Below are positions 24,056 through 35,259 of a stretch of 64,000 bases of DNA, in pieces. The notes beneath the pieces were generated by a model. The model saw only the letters and a program-made list of their open reading frames with translations, was not told the DNA's origin and made no database searches. The stretch comes from Marsupella aquatica (taxonomy: Eukaryota > Plantae > Marchantiophyta), in assembly GCA_973895155.1 (NCBI GenBank), contig OZ316894.1:186001-250000 (forward strand), in the 5' to 3' direction. Made by a program: the position numbers and the translations under genes. How positions within the stretch are numbered: position 1 is the stretch's first letter; each line of letters begins with the position of its first letter.

Positions 24056-26636
24056 ATGTCGCACACGATCCTCTCCAGTTCGGCCCTACGATTCTGAACG
24101 CAGTTCCTGTCTACCGGAAGACACTTGGCCGACTCATTGGAACACGCCAACCCGCACCGATTCGAAATCGAATGCGAGTACGAGAGAGCCATCCGCCTAG
24201 CAACACGACACCATTGTATCTTTAACTTTGGCTACCCATCTCAGAGCAAGCTTTACCGACCGGCAGAGGTAGCAGGGTATTTCTTCAAAGGAGACAAATA
24301 TATCGGGTTTTGGGAAGCTTTGCTTCGACTTCCGGACGAAGTCTTCAATATCTCGGGCACGATCGACTTGCAACGGCATCACTTTGACCACATCCCTGCT
24401 CGGGTCTAGGCTAACATCAACAGCGCGTCCAACACTACCCGTTCGACAAGGCCCTCTGTACTTGCTTCGGAGCTACTCTGCCAGCACCTGCAGAACTTCA
24501 TGGGAACTAGACCCTCAACCACCGGCGCCGGGCCAGTCGACCCCATACTCGTACCCGCGCCAATGCAGGCTCAGGCTCAGCTTCAGCCTCAGTCTCAGCT
24601 TCAGCCTCAGCCTAGCCAATCCCCACCACCGATCATCCCGCCAGAGCAAGTGTGCTCCGTCATCAACGCTGTGGACCTTAGCGACGACGATGAGGTCACC
24701 CCCCTTGCTCAGGCGGGCCCGAGGAGCGGCTCCAGCAGACAACGCGGTGACCGTGGCCGCCCCGGCACCAATACTAACGGCGGTGGCATTACCTATACCC
24801 GATCGAGAGGATGGGGAGGTGTCACCTTCCCCAAGCCAGTCACGGGGAAAGAAGAGGAAGGAGGCCGCTGTTGCATCCGGGTTACCCATGGCCACGGTAG
24901 CCACGGCCAATGTGACAATGCACCGCATGGGGGAAAACGTGCATAAAAACATCCTCCATCCCAAGCATGCGGTGTACCTGAAAACTCAGGGATTCGAGCA
25001 CCTCGCCTCTCTCCCCTGGAACACTTGCAGGTACTATGGGGATGATATGACGGAATTTGTCAAGAATTATGACGATGCCCGTCAACATACTCGGCTGCGG
25101 GGAAGGAATATGTTCCTCATGGAAGAAAGGCTCAAGATGATCTTCGGGTTACCCGAAGGTGACTACCGCGTTGAATCACGGGCTCCTGGGGGCAAGGGAG
25201 CCAAGTACCAATCCTCGGGTTTTCCCTCCGAGGGAGCAATGGACAACGGGTTCGTGATGAGGACTTGCCTCATCCCCGAGATAGCTGAGCGACTGGAGTT
25301 CCAACGGTACGCCCTCCACATGATGGAACCCCGGGGTGAGATCTCCGCTGCCCAGGTTGAGAACTATCGACCTAGGAGGTGGGCATCGTACTTCGCTAAG
25401 AAATTCCATGAAGAGATGGAGAGGCGAAGAAAGACGTTATACATCGGCAGAAAGGCATATTTCGCAAGCCACATCGAGATCATTCTTGAGTGGTACGCCC
25501 AGTTTGATCGACGAACCCTTCCCTGTGTCAACGTACCTAAACTGGTCCCAGCTAGGTGGGTTTTCCCGGCCTTGGAGAGACGGCCCCAACCCGAGGCCCG
25601 AAGTCCAACGGCCACGCACGCTTCACCCACCCCACCCCCACAGGTAGCTGTAGCCGTGGCCGAGGAGGTACCGGATGGGTCGGTAATCGCAGCCATAGAT
25701 ACGATCAACCAGGCTGGGCCAAGTATAGAAGTCGGGACTGTGGAGGCCTTACTCGAGCCCGGGTTTCCCGAAGACCCACCGGGGGTTATTCCGGAGGACC
25801 GGACATTGCTGGAGGAGGACACTCCAGCCCCTTCCAACACTACGTCTCCAGGGCTGGATGTCACTACCCCGGCCCCCGCACGTGTTGACGTCTGCCCGTG
25901 CCCAAATCCGGACAGGCACAACCTGGACCACCCGGAACTATTCGTACGAGGTACATTTCTGAACGGGCTTTTGGGAGATTTCTCTCAACAGATTTCCCGG
26001 GATACCGGGGAGTTCATGGCACGGAAGGTAGCCTGTTTCTTCAATCAGGAGTTAGTTGCCGCAGTAAAGGCAGGTCGGGCCCAGTTAGAGGCCCTTCAAA
26101 GAATAGAGCGGTACCGGGTGGAGTCCGTATACTTAAAGGACAAAGTGGCAGCTCAAGAGGCTGAGCTTCTGCAACTACGACCCAAGGTTGTAGCCGCCGA
26201 TGAGTTGTTAGCAAAGGCGCACGCCCTTACCGCCCTAGCCGAATAGGCCAAGGCTAGGAACGAGGCCAAGATTTCACGGCTCCGGTCCCAGATTGACAGT
26301 TTGAAGAATCAAACTGTCATCTGGCAGAAAGACCTGGAGGAGGCCGAAGAACGGGCCCAACGGGATACTGCGGAGATAGCCACGCTACAAGCCGAAGTAG
26401 CGCGGCTTCAAACTGAAGCCGAGAAGCAGGACCAGTTGGTGGGCAAGCTGACGAGCGATGCCCAACAGCTGGAGGAGGCATGCCAGGAGGCAATGGAGGA
26501 GACGGACGCGGCGAAGCGAGAGAACGAATCTCTGCTAGACCAAGTCCAGCTCCTCAAGTCGGACAACGACAGACTTCGCAAGCAGCGGGATGACCGCTCC
26601 CACTCGGGCGGCTCTGGCAAGCGTGCCAGACATTAG
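24056..26636 (+). pseudogene. LTR-encoded gene of element B (5' LTR copy), ~860 codons: plant-transposon-protein-like domain, coiled coil, C-terminal GKRARH
   Basis: ATG at 24056 (MSHTIL..., open in the 3' LTR copy). Stops at ~24095, 24407-24409 and 26244-26246 and a frameshift near 24700 are each sense or in frame in the other LTR. Confidence 0.85.
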
Positions 26637-27532
26637 CGGCGAAGTAGGAATAGCTAAGTCAGGCTATTGGGACAGGCACCTGCCTTAGTTACAACAGCAC
26701 TGCCATGCTGTCCAACCTGCGTAGATTAGGATCTTCTAATAAGACACAGCCGTTTTTCGGCTTGACAGTCAGCTTAGTTAGGACCTCAGTCAGCGAATCT
26801 TTGGACGGGAGGCCACCCCCTTCCTCGGCCCTTAGTATTTAGTGCACCCCTCGGTAGAGGCAAGGGGGGGGGGGGGTTTAGTCTCAACTTGGACATCCGC
26901 GGTATGTGCGAGGAGTCCCGACCTATGGGAGTGGAAGAGTATCAAGGGGAGGGGGTAGGACTAAGCTCGCTGGGCGAGTGCGGAGCCGGGCTCCGTTGTA
27001 GTATACACCCTCGGCCTTGAACCTGTTCACTCCAGGGCTGTCGGGTCAATCAAGTGTACGCATATGTCCCCTTTGTAGTAAAATCCTTTCCCACTATTTC
27101 CTTCGTGTAAATCGAGATTGTATGCTTGTGCGTGTATGTGTAAGTGTGAATCTCGTGTATAGGCGACAACGCCGGGCCGAATGCACTACCCGAGTCATGC
27201 ACGGGGTGCAGCTTGCGGGTAAGTGGTTGCGAGCACGGGTTGAGGACCTGTATCATCGCATCCGGATCGAAGGCGGACAGCACGAAGGTTTAGAAGCCCT
27301 TAAGCCGGGGTTGATCCTGCTATCGACTAAGGTACGTTCCGGCGACGGAGCACAAACCATACCTAGGATGTGTCCGTATCTAACAGTAGGCGCACTTAGC
27401 GCTAGTTTACACGAATTAGGTGCATTACGTGCTTCCCTCCCTGCCCGAACCCTCATTGTTACTAAGAATGTGCCCGTCTAAGCCAAAGCCCGAGTTAAGG
27501 CCGACGCTGATGATGTGACATAGCCTTTGTTT

Positions 27533-27550
27533 TGGCGCTAGATGGAGGGG
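27533..27550 (+). promoter_or_regulatory. PBS of element B, tRNA-Asn type
   Basis: TGGCGCTAGATGGAGGGG, one mismatch to the complement of the plant tRNA-Asn 3' end; 12 nt after the LTR end. Confidence 0.75.
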
Positions 27551-27643
27551 GCACTCTACATATCGTAGAGGGGAGACATGTGCGTATCCGCCTGGGCAGA
27601 ATACACCAGGCCCTAGTACTAACCATCGCATTTACATGAGTAA

Positions 27644-29597
27644 ATGCCCGTCACTCATTCTCAAGCAGCTTACTTGAGGAGATTGACCAGCGAACGAGAA
27701 AGTGCGACCCCAACAAGCTCCGACTCTTCTGGCTCGGAGGACTCGCAATCCCCCCGACGAATGAACATACCACCGGGACCTTCGGGGTCCGGCTCGACCG
27801 GTCCTGCTGCGGTTCCTGCGCCACCACCGCCACCACCGCCACACCTATGGCAGCCGCCCCACCGATGGCCCGCGCTGCCCAAGCTCCTCCACAAATATCG
27901 CAACGATCGCGGTTTCATTATCGACCTTTTAAAGGGCATCATGGGGATGATCCGGATGAATGGTTGGATGAGTTTGAAGCCACTGCTAAGGCTAACGGGG
28001 AAGACGCCATTAAGCTAACCGTCCTCCCCGAAGTGATGCGGGGAGAAGCTCGTCCATGGTACAACTCGCTGCCCCCCGGAACTACATGGGCACAATTCCA
28101 AGCTGCGTTGCTGCAAGAATTTTGTGCTATTGGATCCGAGCAGCGCTCTTTATTAAAGATCGGCCAGCTTCGCATGGGAAAAAAAGAGTCCCTACGAAAG
28201 TTCATCCAGAAGTTTCAGAAACTTGCTACCAAGATACGGCCCAGGCCGGGTGACGCACTCCAGCTTACATGGTTCCTCCATGGTTTGCCCACGAATATGC
28301 AATTCTGGGTGCGCCAGAATAATCCAATTTCAATGCAAGCGGCCATAGCGTGCGCCGAAACCTACCGGGAGTCCACATATAACTCCCGGTGAAGCCAATG
28401 GGCACGCCGCAAGAAGGGCAAGTACGAGACCTTTAGTGACAGTGACTCCGAATCAGACTACGAGAAGAAGAAGAAACGCAAGAAGAAGAAGAAACATCGT
28501 TCGACCTCGTCCAGTTCGGAGATGGAATCTAGTTCGGATTCAACTTCGAACAGCGGGTCCTCCACCTCCAGCTCATCAGGAAGTGACTCGGAAAGTGAGA
28601 GCCGGAACAAGAAGAAGAAAAGGCGGGTTAAGGAGGGGAAACTCAAATCCCGTACTCGAAGAACGATACCCGATCCAAAGACTGCCGAAGTAGACAAGCT
28701 TAACGAAATCACGGATCGCCTCAAAGCACTGTCAGTACATCTCGCGGAAAAGCTGGTGGAGAAGAAGAAACCATCTGAGATCCGAGCCCATGTGTGGTGT
28801 TCAAAGTGCTTCCAATCCGGGCATGTCGTGCAAGAATGCCCAAGATGGAAGAACCAAGTTCACCAGGTGGAATTAGATGATGTCGACAACCCGGGACCTG
28901 AAGCGGAGTCCACGGAGTATTTCTTTGAAGACTCTCCTGATTCGGTGTATCAGATTTCAACGGTGGGTCCGCGTAACTTAGCAGGTAGAACTGCATACCC
29001 CTACCCAAACAATGGCCGAAGCTTCCAAGTTATCAGTAACCCTAGCATTCCTCCTAAACCAGGGATTTGGCGATCCCCGGTTTGTTACAACTATGAGAAG
29101 CCAGGCCACTTTGCGAGGGAATGCATAGAACCAAGACGCCAGGGGGATGGCCGTGGCACGCCATTTTGTCAAGTCTGCAAAACGGAAGCTCATTCCACGG
29201 CCAACTGTCCATTGGTAATGGCCGCTCGAACAAATGCAGCAAGACCAGCCCAGGGCGGACCGGCCACGAGTGATGCGGTCGTCCAAATGATTGTGGTGGA
29301 ATGGCAAGATGACAACACTGAGTGGGTGAATCTGGTGGACGTGTTGGAACACCCTAATCCATCTGACGAGGCTGAGTGCTATCGTGTGTCAACAAGAGCC
29401 AAACGGAAGGAAGAGAAGCAGGAGGAGAAACACAGGAAAAAGCAAGATACTACTCCGGTGCAGCCAGCGATAGATATACCCCCGGAGAAGGACGATGACT
29501 ACCGTCGGGACGACCCGAAGCTATTTTTCCCCTGCATCGAAGAATTGGTAAAGAAACAGCTGGAGGCCTACGAAGCTCGGGAATACTAGAAGGCAAT
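27644..29597 (+). pseudogene. gag: Element B gag (capsid plus three CCHC-type knuckles), interrupted by element C
   Basis: FKGHHGDDPDEWLDEFE, WFLHGLP, CSKCFQSGHVVQEC, CYNYEKPGHFAREC, CQVCKTEAHSTANC. Frameshift near 27845, stops at 28390 and 29587. Confidence 0.88.
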
Positions 29598-30987
29598 TGT
29601 GGTATGGGTGTCCCTGCAATTTTTTCTGGAAACTTGTTTATTTTTAGCATATCACAAGATTTACTTACACTTTAGACACCTTCCGGCCAACATTTACTTG
29701 TTCTGGACACTTATAGAAATATTTGACATCTCCGGCTTTCCTGACGATTCCTAGTGTACTTTGCCCGACGCTGTGACCAGCGCCCGTTTCTTTTACTCAA
29801 GACGCTGCGGAAGCGTCCAACCTCCTCATGACGCTTTTGGCAGTGCCCGACCGCCACCAAGACTCTATGAGGATTTCGACCGACGCTGTGGAAAGCGTCA
29901 GCTTCAACACACGACGCTGTGAGCAGCGTCCACCCTAGTATTGACGCTGTGAGCAGTGTGAGCAGCGTCCATTGGTTTTACTTAAGACGCTTCTAGCAGC
30001 GTCCAGATTCTCCCGACGCTTCTAGCAGCGTCCGCTCAACACTTAGTTTTTGAAGTAGATTACTAGTAAAGTAGTATTCTACCACCCTTGTTGAAGTACT
30101 TATGCTGTGCTTCTCCCTTGTTTAGTTTTAAGCTTGGAAAGGCACGACTGTTCTTACCTCCTCCATTTTAGGATTCCAGCACTTATAAGACAGAGTAGAA
30201 TGCTCATTTGAAGTAGAGAGAAATAGAGTTAATACTGTATTCAGAACTGAGTCTTCTGAATAGTTTTCTCCTCCTTTCATTGTAACAAGGCATGCTGTGA
30301 GTGTTTTGTATGGAAGTAAAGCTATATTGATTGAAGTTAAGATTGAATTCAAGAGATTCCTGTGGTGATTGAATTCAGTTGCAGATTTCTGAAACTCGTA
30401 TTGAATTCACTGCTAGGCTTGCTTGCAGAGTCGGGATTCGCTAGCCAATTCAAGAATAGTTAATGATAAATGAGAAGTAAATTCTGATTCTCAGAGTAGT
30501 TAGTACTGTTGCTTTGATTCTGGAATATGGTTTAGAGTTTGACTGAATTGCGTATCGCTGATGTCAAACCATGTTGACGGCATTTTAAATCATATCATTC
30601 ATTTGCAATCAGAAAGCTTCTGCTTCATCAGATTGAGAATTCCATTATCATTAACCTTTGTGTTTTGAAGAGTGAGATGGATGAATTATGAGATAGATTT
30701 CATGTCTATACTGAGCCCAAATCCTTTCTGAAGGAGTGGCAGTAGCAGCTTGTAGTCTCTAAATCCTTACTCATTTCTTCTCTAATTCATAAATCAGAAG
30801 TTCAGTTACTTTGTTGTTTGTTTATTCGATTTTTTTATTGAGAAGTGAAGTCAACATAGAGCTCAAGACTCTAAATCACTCGGAGTGATAAAAGTTATAC
30901 AATTCATTCTGAAATCTGTTCTTAAAGGGATCGAAACCCTGGTTTTAGGTGAGGAGAGTCACTTTTGATACTTAGCACTATACGACA
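29598..30987 (+). repeat. Element C 5' LTR (1390 bp)
   Basis: TGTGGTATG...TACGACA; matches 41756-43145. Confidence 0.96.
29767..30032. repeat. Cluster of GACGC-N7-9-GCGTC inverted-repeat motifs in U3 of the C LTR
   Basis: GACGCTGCGGAAGCGTC, GACGCTGTGGAAAGCGTC, GACGCTGTGAGCAGCGTC, GACGCTTCTAGCAGCGTC (x2) and degenerate copies. Confidence 0.85.
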
Positions 30988-30993
30988 TCTTTT

Positions 30994-31011
30994 TGGCGCC
31001 GCTGCCGGGGA
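30994..31011 (+). promoter_or_regulatory. PBS of element C, tRNA-Asp (Athila) type
   Basis: TGGCGCCGCTGCCGGGGA, one mismatch to the Athila-type TGGCGCCGTTGCCGGGGA. Confidence 0.88.
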
Positions 31012-32205
31012 ACGAATTTAAGATTGAATTGACGTACAGGCAGTGTATGCCAGAAGGAGCTAGACGGGAGAGGAATTCACGTTCTACTATAATTGTGAAG
31101 ATGCGTCATCACTCCAGTTAAAAAGATGAAGAGCTTCCATTTCGAGGTGATGCCGTACTCTATCCAAAGCGCCCCGGAAGCTCTCTTAAGAGTATTGGAA
31201 AAATTTGTGGTGCCAAACTTAAGAGAAGAAACCGCCCTCCCACCAGAAAAGGCCTCACAGAGAGGAGCTGTTGCTCGTCAAGTTGCTTTGGAGATAGTCG
31301 AAGACACCAAAGACACTTTGAGTGACAAGTGAAGTTATTCTAACGTTGCCCGGGACGTATGATTTGTAAAATTGTCCAACCATCCTGGTTCGTGTGACCG
31401 ATGCCACCTATCCGATCTTTGGGAACATTAAGAATTAGGAATTTGAGGAATCGTTATGTTAATTCTTGGGTTCTGAGCCTGAGAGGGAGGAATGGCATAC
31501 ATTGGTTAACTATCACCTGGTGGGAAGATGAAAGTTTGCATTTAGTAATATTAAGGCTGAATGGTAGGATCACACAGGAGTGATATTTAGTCATTTCCAT
31601 TCGGGAGTTAGCGGAAAGAATCATGCACCAGGAATTGCGTAGAAGATTAGGAAGGAGTTAGACGTCTGATTAGTAGGATGGCCTAGTGTAGCGTACCATG
31701 TGGTAAAGAAATTTCAGGGTGAAGGAAGTCGGAGATTATGGGGAACGCCCGGTTCCAGTAATCGCCACCGTAAAGGAGATAAGGAAGGACACCGCGAAGA
31801 GCGTCCAATGCGATTCGTCCCAGAAGATTCCGCAAGTCAGGACGCTTCGAGTAGCGTCCGATCCCAGTGGACGCTGTGAGCAGCGTCCGGTGGAATCTGT
31901 GACGAACCAACGTGCGCGACGCTTCTGGTGTGTCTTTCCGCGTCTCAACCTGAAGGACGCACCAGAGAAAACGAGGTTTTAGAATCTCGGCTGGTCACTG
32001 AAGGGAAGTATTAGCTACGGGATAGCAAGGGGGAGGAATCATGCAAGGGATGTTGAACGACGCTACGGGAAGTCACTTTGAGGAAGCAGGTTCATATCTC
32101 CCGGAGTGGGGTGATAACGTCGCACCTAAATGGTGACTCCTTGCATAAAGACTCCTGAGGAGCGGGTCTGGTGTCTCAAAATCACCCATGCTTGGAGAAT
32201 GAGGG

Positions 32206-35200
32206 ATGTCTGAGGGAGATCCACCGAATAAAAGAAAACCTACCAAGACCTCCAGTAATTCGGATGCTGCAAAATTAGTAGTGACCCCTCGCACATTGTT
32301 ACCCGAATTCCAGTCACCAGGAGCACCTGCACCGGGTAGTGTGTGGAAACAAGTGGGATCTATTCAAGAGGCAAGTGGCTCTTTGGAAAGGCCCACGTCG
32401 ACCCGACCCCTGTTTGTAAATCTTCGTTCAGGTCCAAAACTTATTGGTTCTCAAAAGACCAAGCTCCGCCAGCAGACAGTACGTTCGGTGAACCAAATTG
32501 ACTCTGGTGTGGATAGTACCACTGAGAGGGCCTTATCTCATACCGAAGGAAGAAATTTGGGTTTGCCCGAGAATACAGTTGCAGAATCGCTGGCCCAAGA
32601 TAATTCTGTCGATCTTTCACAATTGGATAATCCAGAACCACTGAGTGAAGCCGGTGGTTCGTCTTCTAGTGAGACAAGCAGCAGTTCAGGCTTGGGCAGC
32701 CCAAACCCATTTGCTACCCGATCAGCTCTTCCTTTCGTTACCCTCCTAGCTCCAACCACGATGGCTCGAAATAATGTGAGGTACGACCGGTTCTTCGGTA
32801 CTTCCAAGGAGGATGCAGAGGTGTATTTGAAAGAATTTGAAGCTGCAGCTGCATCCAATGGACAGAGTCAAGACGCTGAAAAAGCCAATCTGTTTGGTGG
32901 TCTAATGAAAAAGGGTGCTCAGAAATGGTATGACCGTTTTCCGGACAAGCAGGATTGGGGGAAATTGAAGGCTGCTTTCTTGGCCAAATATAAAGAAGAA
33001 GGAGCAGCTGCGCGTGCCTTTGCCCGAATCTCACATCTGCACATGAAGAAACATGGGTCTGTGAGGAAATATGCCGACAAATTATTGGATTTGGTAGATC
33101 AATATAATCCAGCTACCTCGAAATCTACTATCAAGGACTGGTTTATTAACGGTTTACCCTCCAGGATTGCTCGTTACGTGAGACGAGAAGGTGGCACCAC
33201 TTTGGAAGAAGTACAAGAGGCAGCCCAGAAGTACGTAGACTCGGAGATTTCAGAGAGAAAACGAGTTAAGAAGGACCTGAAGAAAGACAAAAGAAAGAAG
33301 AAGAAAACGTCCAGGTCTAAATCTGACTCGGAGACGGAATCAAGTGAAAGTAGCACTAGTGAGGAGGACGAGAGTACAAATTCGAGCACTAGTGATAGTT
33401 CAAGCTCAAGTTCCGACTCAGAATCCGTTGCTCCTAAAAAGAAGAAATCCTCTGTAAAAGGGAATAATAAAGTTCCCAACCAGAAGAAGATGGATCGCAT
33501 GATGGAAGAACTCTCTGGCCAATTGTCCAAGTTGAATGTCAATATCGCCGCGGTAAAACCAGTACGAAGGTTGCCTGCTCCCATGAGAATGAACGTATGG
33601 TGCACCCGATGCAGTCAGCAGGGCCATTACCCGAACGAGTGCCCCACATTACGAACCCCGGTGAATTATGTAGATGGTCAAGAAGAGGCTGAGGAGTATG
33701 AGTACGATCCCACGTATACCGTCCAAACAGCACCCCCTGGACAGTATTTCCCACCACCTCCTGCTTCCAGACCGACTTGGGGACCACCTAAGCCCACTTT
33801 CAATAAACCAACGTCAAGACCACCCATGGGACCCCCGGGAGGATACCCACCACGAGGAATGCCGCGTCAAAAAGGGGCTTGTTGGAATTGTGGCCAACCT
33901 GATCATTATTCACCCCAGTGCCCTTATCCCAAACAGGAGGTGGGGTATACACCTGTCTGTGGGAACTGTGGAAAAGAAGGACACTTACCGGTGGAATGCC
34001 CGAATCCGGCTAAGCCTAGGCTGATGGTTCGATTTGCTCAAGAGCCAGTTAAAGAAGCAAGTCGACCTGAAGCCAAGATTCGGATGGTTTATTCTGAAGA
34101 GATGGAGCAATGCAGCTTCATTCAACATATGGATGTAAATCGGGTGGAATTAAAGCCAGATTCACTTTTTCATCAACCAGTATCCGGGGTGGTGCCTGAT
34201 GTCTTGGTAAGTCATTTAGTGAAACCTGAAGTAGTTGGTATGCCGAATGATCAAGTTCAGAATCGGGATAAAGTTCTGACTAATATTTACGCAACTACTC
34301 GTTCGAAGAAAAAGGAGACCAAGAAGCACGAGCATCAGAAGGTCGCGAAAGCTCCCAAGGATGAAGGGCGCAAGCCATGTAAGGAAGGCCTCGACAAAGA
34401 AGACGACCCTGCTTATGACCGATATGACCCAAAATACTTCTTGCCCGACATCTCTTTGGAAGTGAAAGACCATCTGGAAGAGCTAGTTAAGGAGCAAGTG
34501 CAATCTCCTAACCCACCAGTAGTAGTCAAAGCTAAAGAGCCACTGAAAAATCCAGGTTATGATATTGTTGAAGATGTCAAGAATCATCCTGCACATATCA
34601 CCATTGGGGAATTATTACAGGACAATCCGGTTTATAGGCGACAGCTGAGGAGCCTCCTTGCAGGAAAACGGAGGAAGAAGAAGTTACCTTCTGTGGATGT
34701 GCTACGAACAGAGTGGGAGGACAAAGGACCGATGGAAATTGAGGTTCAAATCCAGGGGTGTGTCATTCGGAGAGTTCCTGTGGATGGAGGAGCCAGCGTT
34801 AATCTGATTACACAGTCAGCAGCATTTAATTTGGGTTTCACTAAGTTTGAGCCCACTCCCAAGATTTTGCGCATGGCGGATCAGTCTCGTGTGGTACCCA
34901 TAGGGAAGCTGACCAAAGTAGAAACTTTGATTGCTGGTGTCCCTTTTCTGTTGGATTATGTGGTTATTAATCCGGAAATACCATCCAGCTTTCCTGTTTT
35001 GTTAGGCCGACCATGGTTGTATAAGGCTCAAGTCCAGGTTAATTGGCAATCTCAAGAGCTTTCATTTGGGAAGCCTAAGGTGACTGTTAGTTGGGTTCCG
35101 GAACCACATTTTGGAGAAACACAAACAGATGATGGGTACACCTCGGATTTTTCGACCTCTTCGCTAGTCCTGCAGCCATTGGAATTTGAACTGGAGGAAG

Positions 35201-35259
35201 TTCGTTACTTGGAAGTTTATCTGTCTGATGCTCCCATAAAACCAACTAGGCCCTCCTGA
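32206..35259 (+). CDS. gag: Element C Gag-protease (1017 aa; true start may be ATG 32761)
   Basis: Capsid (FFGTSKEDAEVYLKEFE, WFINGLP), three CCHC knuckles, protease VDGGASVN...LLGRPWL. Confidence 0.9.
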   Translation: MSEGDPPNKRKPTKTSSNSDAAKLVVTPRTLLPEFQSPGAPAPGSVWKQVGSIQEASGSLERPTSTRPLFVNLRSGPKLIGSQKTKLRQQTVRSVNQIDSGVDSTTERALSHTEGRNLGLPENTVAESLAQDNSVDLSQLDNPEPLSEAGGSSSSETSSSSGLGSPNPFATRSALPFVTLLAPTTMARNNVRYDRFFGTSKEDAEVYLKEFEAAAASNGQSQDAEKANLFGGLMKKGAQKWYDRFPDKQDWGKLKAAFLAKYKEEGAAARAFARISHLHMKKHGSVRKYADKLLDLVDQYNPATSKSTIKDWFINGLPSRIARYVRREGGTTLEEVQEAAQKYVDSEISERKRVKKDLKKDKRKKKKTSRSKSDSETESSESSTSEEDESTNSSTSDSSSSSSDSESVAPKKKKSSVKGNNKVPNQKKMDRMMEELSGQLSKLNVNIAAVKPVRRLPAPMRMNVWCTRCSQQGHYPNECPTLRTPVNYVDGQEEAEEYEYDPTYTVQTAPPGQYFPPPPASRPTWGPPKPTFNKPTSRPPMGPPGGYPPRGMPRQKGACWNCGQPDHYSPQCPYPKQEVGYTPVCGNCGKEGHLPVECPNPAKPRLMVRFAQEPVKEASRPEAKIRMVYSEEMEQCSFIQHMDVNRVELKPDSLFHQPVSGVVPDVLVSHLVKPEVVGMPNDQVQNRDKVLTNIYATTRSKKKETKKHEHQKVAKAPKDEGRKPCKEGLDKEDDPAYDRYDPKYFLPDISLEVKDHLEELVKEQVQSPNPPVVVKAKEPLKNPGYDIVEDVKNHPAHITIGELLQDNPVYRRQLRSLLAGKRRKKKLPSVDVLRTEWEDKGPMEIEVQIQGCVIRRVPVDGGASVNLITQSAAFNLGFTKFEPTPKILRMADQSRVVPIGKLTKVETLIAGVPFLLDYVVINPEIPSSFPVLLGRPWLYKAQVQVNWQSQELSFGKPKVTVSWVPEPHFGETQTDDGYTSDFSTSSLVLQPLEFELEEVRYLEVYLSDAPIKPTRPS

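Larger units (their letters stand above)
23586..27520 (+). repeat. Element B 5' LTR (3935 bp)
   Basis: Direct repeat of 47163-58217 once A2 and D are removed; starts TG, ends CA, followed by the PBS. Confidence 0.93.

Noticed and set aside
30128-30352. 74-aa minus-strand ORF in both C LTRs
   Set aside because: Short, non-ATG start, no motifs; duplication is explained by LTR identity.
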